DNA of 64,000 nucleotides from Squalus acanthias (lineage: Eukaryota): assembly GCA_030390025.1 (NCBI GenBank), contig CM059431.1:141300001-141364000 (forward strand), given 5' to 3'. Below the pieces are notes generated by a model. That model searched no databases. It saw only the letters and a list, made by a program, of their open reading frames with translations, and had not been told where the DNA came from. The position numbers and the translations under genes were made by a program. Shown one piece after another: positions 1-15,000 of the stretch (positions within the stretch are counted from its first letter, which is position 1; each line of letters opens with the position of its first letter).

Positions 1-3000
1 CCCTGTCTCAGACTGAACCGTCCCCTCTCTCAGACTGAAAGCCCTCTCTCAGACTGAACCGCTCCCTGTCTCAGACTGAACCGTCCCCTCTCTCAGACTG
101 AAACACTCCCTCTCTCCGACTGAACCGCCCCACTCTCAGACTGAACCGCCCCGCTCTCAGACTGAAACCCCTCTCTCAGACTGAACCGACCATTCTCTCT
201 GACTGAACCGCCACCTCACACAAACTGAACTGCCCCCTCTCTCAGACTGAACCGCCCCTCTCTCAGACAGAAATGCCCCTCACCTAGCCTGAACTGTCCT
301 CTTTCAGACTGAAACGTGCCCTCTCTCAGACTGAACACAACCCTCACACAAACTACTGAACTGGCCCCTCTCTCAGCCTGAACTGTCCCTCCCTCAGACT
401 GAACCGCCCTCTCTCTCAGACTGAACCGCCATCTCTCAGACTGAACCGCCCCTCTCTCAGACTGAACCGTCCCCTCTCTCAGACTGAACCTCCCCTCTCT
501 CAGACTGAACCGCCCTCTCTCAGACTGAACCGTCCCCTCTCTCAGACTGAACCGTCCCCTCTCTCAGACTGAACCGTCCCCTCTCTCAGACTGAACCGTC
601 CCCTCTCTCAGACTGAACCGTCCCCTCTCTCAGACTGAACCGTCCCCTCTCTCAGACTGAACCCACCCCTCTCTCAGACTGAACCGCCCCCTCTCAGACT
701 GAACCGTCCCCTCTCTCAGACTGAACCGCCCCCTCTCTCAGACTGAACCGCCCCCTCTCTCAGACTGAACCGCCCCCTTCTCAGACTGAACCGTCCCCTC
801 TCTCAGACTGAACCGCCCCTCTCTCAGACTGAACCGCCCCCTCTCTCAGACTGAACCGTCCCCTCTCTCAGACTGAACCGCCCCTCTCTCAGACTGAACC
901 GTCCCCTCTCTCAGACTGAACCACCCCTCTCTCAGACTGAACCGTCCCCTCTCTCAGACTGAACCGTCCCCTCTCTCAGACTGAACCGTCCCCTCTCTCA
1001 GACTGAACCGTCCCCTCTCTCAGACTGAACCGCCCCTCTCTCAGACTGAACCGCCCCTCTCTCAGACTGAACCGTCCCCTCTCTCAGACTGAACCGCCCC
1101 TCTCTCAGACTGAACCGCCCCTCTCTCAGACTGAACCGTCCCCTCTCTCAGACTGAACCGCCCCCTCTCTCAGACTGAACCGTCCCCTCTCTCAGACTGA
1201 ACCGTCCCCTCTCTCAGACTGAACCGTCCCCTCTCTCAGACTGAACCGTCCCCTCTCTCAGACTGAACCGCCCCTCTCTCAGACTGAACCGTCCCCTCTC
1301 TCAGACTGAACCGCCCCTCTCTCAGACTGAACCGTCCCCTCTCTCAGACTGAACCGTCCCCTCTCTCAGACTGAACCGTCCCCTCTCTCAGACTGAACCG
1401 CCCCTCTCTCAGACTGAACCGTCCCCTCTCTCAGACTGAACCGTCCCCTCTCTCAGACTGAACCCCCCCTCTCTGTCTGAACCGTCCCCTCTCTCAGACT
1501 GAACCACCCCTCTCTCAGAATGAACCACCCCCTCTCTCAGACTGAACCATCCCCATTCTCAGACTGAGTCCCCCCTCTCTCAGACTGAACCCCCTCTCTC
1601 TCAGACTGAACCTCCCCAGTCTCAGACGGAACCGTCCCCTCTCTCAGGCTGAACCGCCCCTGTCTCAGACTGAACCGTCCCCTCTCTCAGACTGAAAGCC
1701 CTCTCTCAGACTGAACCGCTCCCTGTCTCAGACTGAACCGTCCCCTCTCTCAGACTGAAACACTCCCTCTCTCCGACTGAACCGCCCCACTCTCAGACTG
1801 AACCGCCCCGCTCTCAGACTGAAACCCCTCTCTCAGACTGAACCGACCATTCTCTCTGACTGAACCGCCACCTCACACAAACTGAACTGCCCTTTCTCTC
1901 AGACTGAACCACCCCTCTCTCACAGAGAAATGCCCCTCACCTAGCCTGAACTGTCCTCTTTCAGACTGAAACGTGTCCTCTCTCAGACTGAACACAATCC
2001 TCACACAAACTATTGAACCGTCCCCTCTCTCAGCCTGAACTGTCCCTCCCTCAGACTGAACCGCCCTATCTCTCAGACTGAACCGCCATCTCTCAGACTG
2101 AACCGCCCACTCTCTCAGAGTGAACCGCCCTTTCTCTCGGACAGAACTGCCCCCTCTCTCAGACTGAAACCCCCACTCTCAGACTGAACCGTCCCCTCTC
2201 TCAGACTGAACCGTCCCCTCTCTCAGACTGAACCGTCCCCTCTCTCAGACTGAACCGCCCCCTCTCTCAGACCAAATCGTCCCCTCTCCCAGACTGAACC
2301 GTCCCCTCTGTCAGACTGAACCACCCCTCTCTCAGTCTGAACCCCCCCTCTCTGTCTGAACCGTCCCCTCTCTCAGACTGAACCCCCCCCTCTCTCAGAA
2401 TGAACCGCCCCCTCTCTCAGACTGAACCATCCCCATTCTCAGACTGAGTCCCCCCTCTCTCAGACTGAACCCCCTCTCTCTCAGACTGAACCTCCCCAGT
2501 CTCAGATGGAACCGTCCCCTCTCTCAGGCTGAACCGCCCCTGTCTCAGAATGAACCGTCCCCTCTCTCAGACTGAAACCCCTCTCTCAGACTGAACCGCT
2601 CCCTGTCTCAGACTGAACCATCCCCTCTCTCAGACTGAACCGTCCCCTCTCTCCGACTGAACCGCCCCCTCTCTCAGACGGAACCGTCCCCTCTCTCAGG
2701 CTGAACCATCCCTTCTCTCAGACTGAACCGTCCCCTCTCTCAGACTGAACCGTCCCCTCACTCAGACAGAACCGCCCCCTCTCTCAGACTGAACCGCCCC
2801 CTCTCTCCCACTGAACCACCCCCTCTCTCCGACTGAACCGCCCCTCTCTCAGACTGAACCGCCCCCTCTCTCAGACTGAACCCGCTCTCTCAGACTGAAC
2901 CGCCCCCTCTCTCTGACTGAACCGCCCCCTCACAGAAACTGAACTGCCCCTCCCTCAGACTGAACCGCCCCTCTCTCAGACTGAACCGCCCCTCTCTCAG

Positions 3001-6000
3001 ACTGAACCGTCCCTCTCTCAGACTGAACCTCCCCTCTCTCAGACTGAACGTCCCCTCTCCAGACTGAACCGTCCCCTCTCTCAGACTGAACCGACCCCTC
3101 TCTCAGACTGAACCGCCCCTCTCTCAGACTGAACCGTCCCCTCTCTCAGACTGAACCACCCCTCTCTCAGACTGAACCGACCCCTCTCTCAGACTGAACC
3201 GTCCCCTCTCTCAGACTGAACCGTCCCCCTCTCTCAGACTGAACCGTCCCCTCTCTCAGACTGAACCGTCCCCTCTCTCAGACTGAACCGTCCCCTCTCT
3301 CAGACTGAACCGTCCCCTCTCTCAGACTGAACCGTCCCCTCTCTCAGACTGAACCACCCCTCTCTCAGACTGAACCGCTCCCTCTCTCAGACTGAACCGT
3401 CCCTCTCTCAGACTGAACCGTCCCCTCTCTCAGACTGAACCGCCCCCTCTCTCAGACTGAACCGTCCCCTCTCTCAGGCTGAACCATCCCTTCTCTCAGA
3501 CTGAACCGTCCCCTCTCTCAGACTGAACCGTCCCCTCACTCAGACAGAACCGCCCCCTCTCTCAGACTGAACCACCCCCTCTCTCCCACTGAAGCAACCC
3601 CTCTCTCCGACTGAACCGCCCCTCTCTCTGACTGAACCGCCCCCTCTCTCAGACTGAACCCGCTCTCTCAGACTGAACCGCCCCCTCTCTCTGACTGAAC
3701 CGCCCCCTCACAGAAACTGAACTGCCCCTCCCTCAGATTGAACCGCCATCTCTCAGACTGAACCGCCCCTCTCTCGGCCAGAACCGGCTCCTCTCAGGCT
3801 GAAAATCCCCTCTCTCAGGCTGAACCGTCCCCTCTCTCAGACTGAACTGCCCCCTCTCAGACTCAACCGCCCTCTCTCTCAGACAGAACCGCCATCTCTC
3901 AGACTGAACCGCCCCTCTCTCGGCCAGAACCGGCTCCTCTCTCAGGCTGAAAATCCCCTCTCTCAGACTGAACCGTCCCCTCTCTCAGACTGAACTGCCC
4001 TCTCTCACAGACTGAACCACCCCCTCCCTCAGACTGAACACCCACTCTCTCAGACAGAGCCGTCCCCTCTCTCAGACTGAACCGACCCCTCTCTCAGACT
4101 GAACCGCTCACTCTCTCAGACTGAGTCGCCCCCTCTCTCGGACTGATCCGCCCCCTCTCTCAGACTGAACCGTCCCCTCTCTCGGACTGAACCGCCCCCT
4201 CTCTCAGACTGAACCGCCCCCACTCTCAGACTGAGCCCCCCCTGTCTCAGACTGAACCGACCCCTCTCTCGGACTGAACCGCACCCTCTCTCAGACTGAC
4301 CCGCCCCTTTCTCAGACTGAACCACCCACTCTGTCAGACTGAACCGCCCCTCTCTCGGACAGAAACGCAACATCTCTCAGACTGAAAACCCCCTCTCTCA
4401 GACTGAACCGTCCCCACTTTCAGACTGAACCGCCCCCTCTGTCAGACTGAACCGCCCCCTCTCTCAGACTGAACACCCCCTCTCTCAGACGGCACCATCC
4501 CTTCTCTCAGACTGAACCGCCCAACTCTCAGACTGAGCCGCCCCCTCTCTCAGACTGAACTGCCCCCTCTCTCAGACTGAGCCCCCCCTCTCTCAGACTG
4601 AACCGACCTCTCTCTCGGACTGAACCGCCCCCTCTCTCAGACTGAGCCGCCCCCTCTCTCAGACTGAGCCCACCCTCTCTCAGCCTGAATTGCCCCCTCT
4701 CTCAGACTGAGCCACCCCTCTCTCAGACTGAACCGCCCCTCTCTCAGACTGAACCGCCCACTCTCTCAGACTGAAACACTCCCTCTCTCCGACTGAACCG
4801 CCCCACTCTCAGACTGAACCGCCCCGCTCTCAGACTGAAACCCCTCTCTCAGACTGAACCGACCATTCTCTCTGACTGAACCGCCACCTCACACAAACTG
4901 AACTGCCCTTTCTCTCAGAATGAACCACCCCTCTCTCACAGAGAAATGCCCCTCACCTAGCCTGAACTGTCCTCTTTCAGGCTGAAACGTGCCCTCTCTC
5001 AGACTGAACACAATCCTCACACAAACTATTGAACCGTCCCCTCTCTCAGCCTGAACTGTCCCTCCCTCAGACTGAACCGCCCTCTCTCTCAGACTGAACC
5101 GCCATCTCTCAGACTGAACCGCCCACTCTCTCAGAGTGAACCGCCCTTTCTCTCGGACAGAACTGCCCCCTCTCTCAGTCTGAAACCCCCACTCTCAGAC
5201 TGAACCGTCCCCTCTCTCAGACTGAACCGTCCCCTCTCTCAGACTGAACCGTCCCCTCTCTCAGACTGAACCGCCCCCTCTCTCAGACTGAACACACCAT
5301 CTCTCAGACTGAACCGTCCCCTCTCTCAGACTGAACCGCCCACTCTCTCAGACTGAGCCACCCCCTCTCTCAGACTGAAACGCCCCCTCTCTCAGACTGA
5401 GCCCCCCTCTCTCAGACTGAACCGCCCCTCTCTCAGACTGAACAGTCCCCTCTCTCAGAATGAACCGCCCCCTCTCTCAGACTGAACCGCCCCCTCTCTC
5501 AGACTGAACCGCCCCCTCTCTTAGACTGAACCGTCTCCTCTCTAAGACTGAAACCCCCCTCTCTCATATTGAACCGCACCCACTCTCATACTGAGCCGCT
5601 CCCTCTCTCAGACTGAACCGAACCCTCTCCCAGACTGAACCCCCCCCTCTCTCAGACTGAACCGTCCCCTCTCTCAGACTGAACAGGCACCCTCTCTCAG
5701 GCTGAACCGTCCCCTCTCTCAGACTGAAACACCCCCTCTCTCAGACTGAACCGTCCCCTCTCTCAGACTGAACCGTCCCCTCTCTCAGACAGAACTGCCC
5801 CTCTCTCAGACTGGACCCTCCCCTCTCTCAGACTGAACCACCCTCTCTCAGACTGAACACCCCCTCTCTCAGACTGAACCACCCCCTCGCAGACTGAAAC
5901 ATCCCATCTCTCCGACTGAACTGCCCCCCTCTCTCAGACTGAACCGTCCCCTCTCTCAGACTGAACCGCCCCCTCTCTCAGACTGAACCCCGCTCTCTCA

Positions 6001-9000
6001 GACTGAACCGCCCCCTCTCTCACACTGAACCGTCCCCTCACACAAACTGAACTGCCCCCTCTCCAAGACTGAACCCCCTCTCTCAGACAGAAGTGCCCCC
6101 TCACCTAGCCTGAACTGCCCTCTTTCAGTCTGAAACATGCACTCTCTCAGACCAAACCGTCCCATCTCTCAGACTGAAATGCCCCCTGCATCAAACTGAA
6201 TCCCCGTCTCTCAGACTGAACCGCCCCCTCTCTCAAACTGAATCGCCCCCTGTCTCAGACCAAACCGTCCGCTCTCTCAGACAGAACCGCCCCCTATCTC
6301 ACACCAAACCGTCCCCTCTCTCAGACTGAACCGTCCCCTCTCTCAGACCAAACCTTCCCCTCTCTCAGACTGACCCGCCCCCTCTCTCAGAATGAACCGT
6401 TCCCTCTCTCAGACTGAACCGTTCCCTCGCTCAGACTGAACCGTCCCCTCTCTCAGACTGAACCCTCCCTCTCTCAGACTGAACCGCCCCTCTCTCAGGC
6501 TAAACACCCCTTCTCTCAGTCTAAACACCCCCTCTCTCAGAGTGAAACACCCCTCTCTCAGACTGAACCGTCCCTCTCTCAGACTGAACCGTCCCCTCTC
6601 TCAGACTGAACCGTCCCCTCTCTCAGACTGAACACCCCCTCTCTCAGACTGAACCACCCTCTCGCAGACTGAACCCCCCTCTCTCAGACTGAACTGCCCC
6701 CTCTCTCAGACTGAACCGTCCCCTCACACAAACTGAACTGCACCCTCTCCAAGACTGAACCCCCTCTCTCAGACAGAAGTGCCCCCTCACCTAGCATGAA
6801 CTGCCCTCTTTCAGTCTGAAACGTGCCCTCTCTCAGACCAAACCGTCCCCTCTCTCAGACTGAAACGCCCCCTCCATCAGACTGAACCCCCCTCTCTCAG
6901 GCTGAACCGCCCCCCCTCTCAAACCGAATTGCCCCCTGTCTCAGACCAAACCGTCCCCTCTCTCAGACAGAACCGCCCCCTCTCTCAGACCTGAACCGTC
7001 CCCTCTCTCAGACTGAACCGCCCCCTCTCTCAGACTGAACCGTCCCCTCTCTCAGACTGACCGTCCCCTCTCTCAGACTGAACCACCCCTCTCTCAGACT
7101 GAACCGCCCCCTCTCTCAGACTGAACCCCCCCTCTCTCAGACTGAACCGTCCCTCTCTCAGACTGAACCGTCCCCTCTCTCAGACTGAACCATCCCCTCT
7201 CTCAGACTGAACCCGCCCCTCTCTCAGACTGAACCGACCCCTCTCTCAGACTGAACCACCCCTCTCTCAGACTGAACGACCCCTCTCTCAGACTGAACCC
7301 CCCTCTCTCAGACTGAACCGTCCCCTCTCTCAGACTGAACCGTCCCCCTCTCTCAGACTGAACCGTCCCTCTCTCAGACTGAACCGTCCCCTCTCTCAGA
7401 CTGAACCGTCCCCTCTCTCAGACTGAACCGCCCCTCTCTCAGACTGAACCGTCCCCTCTCTCAGGACTGAACCGCCCCCTCTCTCAGACTGAACCGTCCC
7501 CTCTCTCAGACTGAACTGTCCCCTCTCTCAGACTAAACAGTCCCCTCTCGCAGACTGAACCGTCCCCTCTCTCAGACTGAACCGCCCCCTCTCTCAGACT
7601 GAACCGTCCCCTCTCTGAGACAGAACCGCCCCCTCTCTCAGACCAAACCGTCCCATCTCTCAGACTGAACAGTCCCCTCTCTCAGAATGAACCGCCCCCT
7701 CTCTCAGACTGAACCGCCCCCTCTCTCAGACTGAACCGCCCCCTCTCTTAGACTGAACCGTCTCCTCTCTAAGACTGAAACCCCCCTCTCTCATATTGAA
7801 CCGCACCCACTCTCATACTGAGCCGCTCCCTCTCTCAGACTGAACCGAACCCTCTCCCAGACTGAACCCCCCCCTCTCTCAGACTGAACCGTCCCCTCTC
7901 TCAGACTGAACAGGCACCCTCTCTCAGGCTGAACCGTCCCCTCTCTCAGACTGAACCCCACCTCTCACAGACTGAACCCCCTCTCTCCGAATGAACCGTC
8001 CCCTCTCTCAGACTGAACCGTCCCCTCTCTCAGGCTGAACCGTCCCATCTCTCAGACTGAACCGCGCCCTCTCTCAGACTGAACCGTCCCCTCTCTCACA
8101 CTGAAACACCCCCTCTCTCAGACTGAACCGTCCCCTCTCTCAGACTGAACCGTCCCCTCTCTCAGACAGAACTGCCCCTCTCTCAGACTGGACCCTCCCC
8201 TCTCTCAGACTGAACCCCCCTCTCTCAGACTGAACACCCCCTCTCTCAGACTGAACCGCCCTCTCGCAGACTGAAACATCCCATCTCTCCGACTGAACTG
8301 CCCCCCTCTCTCAGACTGAACCGCCCCCTCTCTCAGACTGAACCCCCCTCTCTCAGACTGAACCGCCCCCTCTCTCACACTGAACCGTCCCCTCACACAA
8401 ACTGAACTGCCCCCTCTCCAAGACTGAACCCCCTCTCTCAGACAGAAGTGCCCCCTCACCTAGCCTGAACTGCCCTCTTTCAGTCTGAAACGTGCACTCT
8501 CTCAGACCAAACCGTCCCCTCTCTCAGGCTGAAATGCCCCCTCCATCAGACTGAATCCCCCTCTCTCAGACTGAACCGCCCCCTCTCTCAAACTGAATCG
8601 CCCCCTGTCTCAGACCAAACCGTCCGCTCTCTCAGACAGAACCGCCCCCTATCTCAGACCAAACCGTCCCCTCTCTCAGACTGAACCGTCCCCTCTCTCA
8701 GACCAAACCTTCCCCTCTCTCAGACTGACCCGCCCCCTCTCTCAGAATGAACCGTTCCCTCTCTCAGACTGAACCGTTCCCTCGCTCAGACTGAACCGTC
8801 CCCTCTCTCAGACTGAACCCTCCCACTCTCAGACTGAACCGTCCCCTCTCTCAGACTAAACACCCCTTCTCTCAGTCTAAACACCCCCTCTCTCAGAGTG
8901 AAACACCCCTCTCTCAGACTGAACCGTCCCTCTCTCAGACTGAACCGTCCCCTCTCTCAGACTGAACCGTCCCCTCTCTCAGACTGAACCGTCCCCTCTC

Positions 9001-12000
9001 TCAGACTGAACCGTCCCCTCTCTCAGACTGAACCGTCCCCTCTCTCAGACTGAACCGTCCCCTCTCTCAGACTGAAACACCCCCTATCTCAGACTGAACC
9101 GTCCCCTCTCTCAGACTGAACCGTCCCCTCTCTCAGACAAAACTGCCCCTCTCTCAGACTGAACCATCCCATCTCTCCGACAGAACCGCCCCCTCTCTCA
9201 GTCTAAACCCGCCTCTCTCAGACTGAACCGTCCCCTCACACAAACTGAACTGCCCCCTCTCCCAGACTGAACCCCCTCTCTCACACAGCAGTGCCCCCTC
9301 ACCTAGCCTGAACTGCCCTCTCTCAGACCAAACCGTCCCCTCTCTCAGACTGAACCGCCCCCTCTCTCAGACTGAACCGTCCACTCTCTCAGACTGATCC
9401 GACCCCTCTCTCAGACTGAACCGCCCCCTCTCTCAAACTGAACTGCCCCCTCTCTCAGACCAAACCGTCCCCTCTCACAGACTGATCCGCCCCCTCTCTC
9501 AGACCAAACCGTCCCCTCTCTCAGACTGACCCGCCCCCTCTCTCAGACTGACCCGCCCCCTCTCTCAGACTGAACCCCCTCTCTCTCAGACTGAACCACC
9601 CACTCTCTCAGACTGAACCGTCCCCTCTCTCAGACTGAACTGCCCCTCCCTCATACTGAACCGCCGCCTCTCTCAGACTGAACCGCCCCCTCTCTCAGAC
9701 TGAACCGTCCGCTCTCTCAGACTGTACCCTCCCCTTTCTCAGACTGAACCGCTCCGGTCTCAGACTGAACCGCCCCCTCTCTCAGACTGAACCGACCCCT
9801 CTCTGAGACAGAACCTCCCCCTCTCTCAGACCAAACCGTCCCCTCTCTCAGACTGAACCGTCCCCTCTCTCAGACCAAACCGTCCCCTCTCTCAGACTGA
9901 ACCGTCTCCTCTCTAAGACTGAACTCCCCCTCTCTCAGACTGAACCGCACACTCTCTCAGACTGAGCCGCTCCCTCTCTCAGACTGAACCGTCCCCACTC
10001 TCAGTCTGAAACCCCCTCTCTCAGACTGAACCGCCCCCTCTCTCAGACTGAACCATCCCCACTGTCAGACTGAAGCCTCCTCTCTCAGACTGAACCGTCC
10101 CCTCTCTCAGACTGAACCGCCCCCTCTCTCAGACTGAACCTTCCCCACTCTCATACTGAACCGTCCCCTCTCTCGGACTGAGCCGCCCCCTCTCTCAGAC
10201 TGAACCGTCCCCTCTCTCAGACTGAGCCGCCCCCTCTCTCAGACTAAACAGTCCCCTCTCGCAGACTGAACCGCCCCCTCTCTCAGACTGAACCGTCCCC
10301 TCTCTGAGACAGAACCGCCCCCTCTCTCAGACCAAACCGTCCCCTCTCTCAGACTGAACAGTCCCCTCTCTCAGACTGAACCCCCCCTCTCTCAGAATGA
10401 ACCGTTCCCTCTCTCAGACTGAACCGTCCCCTCGCTCAGACTGAACCATCCCCTCTCTCAGACTGAACCCCCCCTCTCTCAGACTGAACCGTCTCCTCTC
10501 TCAGACTAAACACCACTTCTCTCAGTCTAAACACCCCCTCTCTCAGACTGAAACCCCTCTCTCTCAGACTGAACCATCCCTCTCTCAGACTGAACCGTCC
10601 CCTCTCTCAGACTGAACCGTCCCCTCTCTCAGACTGAACCGTCCTCTCTCTCAGACTGAACCGTCCCCTCTCTCAGACTGAAACGCCCACTCTCTCAGAC
10701 TGAACCGTCCCCTCTCTCGGACTGAACCGCCCCCTCTCTCAGACTGAACCGTCCCCTCTCTCAGACTGAACTGCACCCTCTCTCAGACTAAACAGTCCCC
10801 TCTCGCAGACTGAACCGTCCCCTCTCTCAGACCGAACCGCCCCCTCTCTCAGACTGAACCGTCCCCTCTCTGAGACAGAACCGCCCCCTCTCTCAGACCA
10901 AACCGTCCCATCTCTCAGACTGAACAGTCCCCTCTCTCAGACTGTACCGCCCCCTCTCTCAGACTGAACCGCCCCCTCTCTCAGACTGAACCGCCCCCTC
11001 TCTTAGACTGAACCGTCTCCTCTCTAAGACTGAAACCCCCCTCTCTCATATTGAACCGCACCCACTCTCATACTGAGCCGCTCCCTCTCTCAGACTGAAC
11101 CGAACCCTCTCCCAGACTGAACCCCCCCCTCTCTCAGACTGAACCGTCCCCTCTCTCAGACTGAACAAACACCCTCTCTCAGGCTGAACCGTCCCCTCTC
11201 TCAGACTGAACCCCACCTCTCACAGACTGAACCCCCCTCTCTCAGACTGAACACCCCCTCTCTCAGACTGAACCGACCCCTCTCTGAGACAGAACCTCCC
11301 CCTCTCTCAGACCAAACCGTCCCCTCTCTCAGACTGAACCGTCCCCTCTCTCAGACCAAACCGTCCCCTCTCTCAGACTGAACCGTCTCCTCTCTAAGAC
11401 TGAACTCCCCCTCTCTCAGACTGAACCGCACACTCTCTCAGACTGAGCCGCTCCCTCTCTCAGACTGAACCGTCCCCACTCTCAGTCTGAAACCCCCTCT
11501 CTCAGACTGAACCGCCCCCTCTCTCAGACTGAACCATCCCCACTCTCAGACTGAAGCCCCCTCTCTCAGACTGAACCGTCCCCTCTCTCAGACTGAAACG
11601 CCCCCTCTCTCAGACTGAACGTTCCCCACTCTCATACTGAACCGTCCCTTCTCTCGGACTGAACCGCCCCCTCTCTCAGACTGAACCTTCCCCACTCTCA
11701 TACTGAACCGTCCCCTCTCTCGGATTGAGCCGCCCCCTCTCTCAGACTGAACCGTCCCCTCTCTCAGACTGAACCGCCCCCTCTCTCAGACTAAACAGTC
11801 CCCTCTCGCAGACTGAACCGCCCCCTCTCTCAGACTGAACCGTCCCCTCTCTGAGACAGAACCGCCCCCTCTCTCAGACCAAACCGTCCCCTCTCTCAGA
11901 CTGAACAGTCCCCTCTCTCAGACTGAACCGCCCCCTCTCTCAGACTGAACCGCCCCCTCTCTTAGACTGAACCATCTCCTCTCTAAGACTGAACCCCACC

Positions 12001-15000
12001 TCTCTCATACCGAACCGCACCCACTCTCAGACTTATCCGCTCCCTCTCTCAGACTGAACCGTCCCCTCTCCCAGACTGATCCCCCCGCCTCTCTCAGACT
12101 GAACCGTCCCCTCTCTCAGACTGAACAGGCACCCTCTCTCAGGCTGAACCGTCCCCTCTCTCAGACTGAACTGCCCCCTCTCTCAGACTGAACCCCCCCT
12201 TTCACAGACTGAACCCCCTCTCTCCGAATGAACTGTCCCCTCTCTCAGACTGAACCGTCCCCTCTCTCTGACTGAACCGCGCCCTCTCTCAGACTGAACC
12301 GTCCCCTCTCTCAGACTGAACCGTCCCCTCTCTCAGACAGAACTGCCCCTCTCTCAGACTGAACCCACCCCTCTCTCAGACTGAACACCCCCTCTCTCAG
12401 ACTGAACAACCCTCTTGCAGACTGAACCCCCCTCTCTCAGACTGAACCGCCCCCTCTCTCAGACTGAACCGTCCCCTCACACAAACTGAACTGCCCCCTC
12501 TCCCAGACTGAACCCCCTCTCTCAGACAGAAGTGCCCCCTCACCTAGCATGAACTGCCCTCTTTCAGTCTGAAACGTGCCCTCTCTCAGACCAAACCGTC
12601 CCCTCTCTCAGACTGAAACGCCCCCTCCATCAGACTGAACCCCCCTCTCTCAGGCTGAACCGCCCCCTCTCTCAAACCGAATCGCCCACTGTCTCAGACC
12701 AAACCGTCCCCTCTCTCAGACAGAACTGCCCCCTATCTCAGACCAAACCGTCCCCTCTCTCAGACTGAACCGCCCCCTCTCTCAGACCAAACCGTCCCCT
12801 CTCTCAGACTGACCCGCCCCCTCTCTCAGATTGAACCACCCCCTCTCTCAGAATGAACCGCCCCCTCTCTCAGACTGAACCCCCCCTCTCTCAGAATTAA
12901 CCGTTCCCTCTCTCAGACTGAACCGTCCCCTCGCTCAGACTGAACCATCCCCTCTCTCAGACTGAACCCCCCCTCTCTCAGACTGAACCGTCCCCTCTCT
13001 CAGACTAAACACCCCTTCTCTCAGTCTAAACACCCCCTCTCTCAGACTGAAACCCCTCTCTCTCAGACTGAACCGTCCCTCTCTCAGACTGAACCGTCCC
13101 CTCTCTCAGACTGAACCGTCCCCTCTCTCAGACTTAACCGTCCTCTCTCTCAGACTGAACCGTCCCCTCTCTCAGACTGAAACGCCCACTCTCTCAGACT
13201 GAACCGTCCCCTCTCTCGGACTGAACCGCCCCCTCTCTCAGACTGAACCGCCCCCTCTCTCAGACTGAACCGTCCCCTCTCTGAGACAGAACCGCCCCCT
13301 CTCTCAGACCAAACCGTCCCATCTCTCAGACTGAACAGTCCCCTCTCTCAGACTGTACCGCCCCCTCTCTCAGACTGAACCGCCCCCTCTCTTAGACTGA
13401 ACCGTCTCCTCTCTAAGACTGAAACCCCCCTCTCTCATATTGAACCGCACCCACTCTCATACTGAGCCGCTCCCTCTCTCAGACTGAACCGAACCCTATC
13501 CCAGACTGAACCCCCCCCTCTCTCAGACTGAACCGTCCCCTCTCTCAGACTGAACAAGCACCCTCTCTCAGGCTGAACCGTCCCCTCTCTCAGACTGAAC
13601 CCCACCTCTGACAGACTGAACCCCCCTCTCTCAGACTGAACACCCCCTCTCTCAGACTGAACCGCCCTCTCGCAGACTGAAACATCCCATCTCTCCGACT
13701 GAACTCTCCCCTCTCTCAGACTGAACCGTCCCCTCTCTCAGACTGAACCGCCCCCTCTCTCAGACTGAACCCCCCTCTCTCAGACTGAACCGCCCCCTCT
13801 CTCAGACTGAACCGTCCCCTCACACAAACTGAACTGCCCCCTCTCCAAGACTGAACCCCCTCTCTCAGACAGAAGTGCCCCCTCACCTAGCCTGAACTGC
13901 CCTCTTTCAGTCTGAAACGTGCACTCTCTCAGACCAAACCGTCCCCTCTCTTAGGCTGAAATGCCCCCTCCATCAGACTGAATCCCCCTCTCTCAGACTG
14001 AACCGCCCCCTGTCTCAGACCAAACCGTCCGCTCTCTCAGACAGAACCGCCCCCTATCTCAGACCAAACCGTCCCCTCTCTCAGACTGAACCATCCCCTC
14101 TCTCAGACCAAACCTTCCCCTCTCTCAGACTGACCCGCCCCCTCTCTCAGAATGAACCGTTCCCTCTCTCACACTGAACCGTTCCCTCGCTTAGACTGAA
14201 CCGTCCCCTCTCTCAGACTGAACCCTCCCTCTCTCAGACTGAACCGTCCCCTCTCTCAGACTAAACACCCCTTCTCTCAGTCTAAACACCCCCTCTCTCA
14301 GAGTGAAACACCCCTCTCTCAGACTGAACCGTCCCTCTCTCAGACTGAACCGTCCCCTCTCTCAGACTGAACCGTCCCCTCTCTCAGACTGAACCGTCCC
14401 CTCTCTCAGACTGAACCGTCCCCTCTCTCAGACTGAACCGTCCCCTCTCTCAGACTGAACCGTCCCCTCTCTCAGACTGAACCGCCCCCTCTCTCAGACT
14501 GAACCGTCCCCTCTCTCAGACTGAACCGTCCCCTCTCTCAGACTGAACCTGCCCCTCTCTCAGACTGAACCTCCCCTCTCTCAGACTGAACCCCCCTCTC
14601 TCAGACTGAACCGCCCCTCTCTCAGACTGAAACATCCCCTCTCTCAGACTGAACCGCCCCCTCTCTCAGACTAAACCCGCCTCTCTCAGACTGAACCGTC
14701 CCCTCTCACAACTGAACTGCCCCCTCTCCAGACTGAACCCCCTCTCTCAGACTGACAGTCCCCCTCACTCAGACTGAAACCGCCCCTCTCTCAGACTGAA
14801 CCGCCCCTCTCTCAGACTGAACCCCCACACTCTCAGTCTGAACCGTGCCCTCTCTCAGACCAAACCGTCCCCTCTCTCAGACTGAACCGCCCCCTCTCTC
14901 AGACTGAACCGTCCCCTCTCTCAGACTGATCCGCCCCTCTCTCAGACTGAACCGCCCCTCTCTCAACTGAACGCCCCCTTTCTCAGAACAAACCGTCCCC

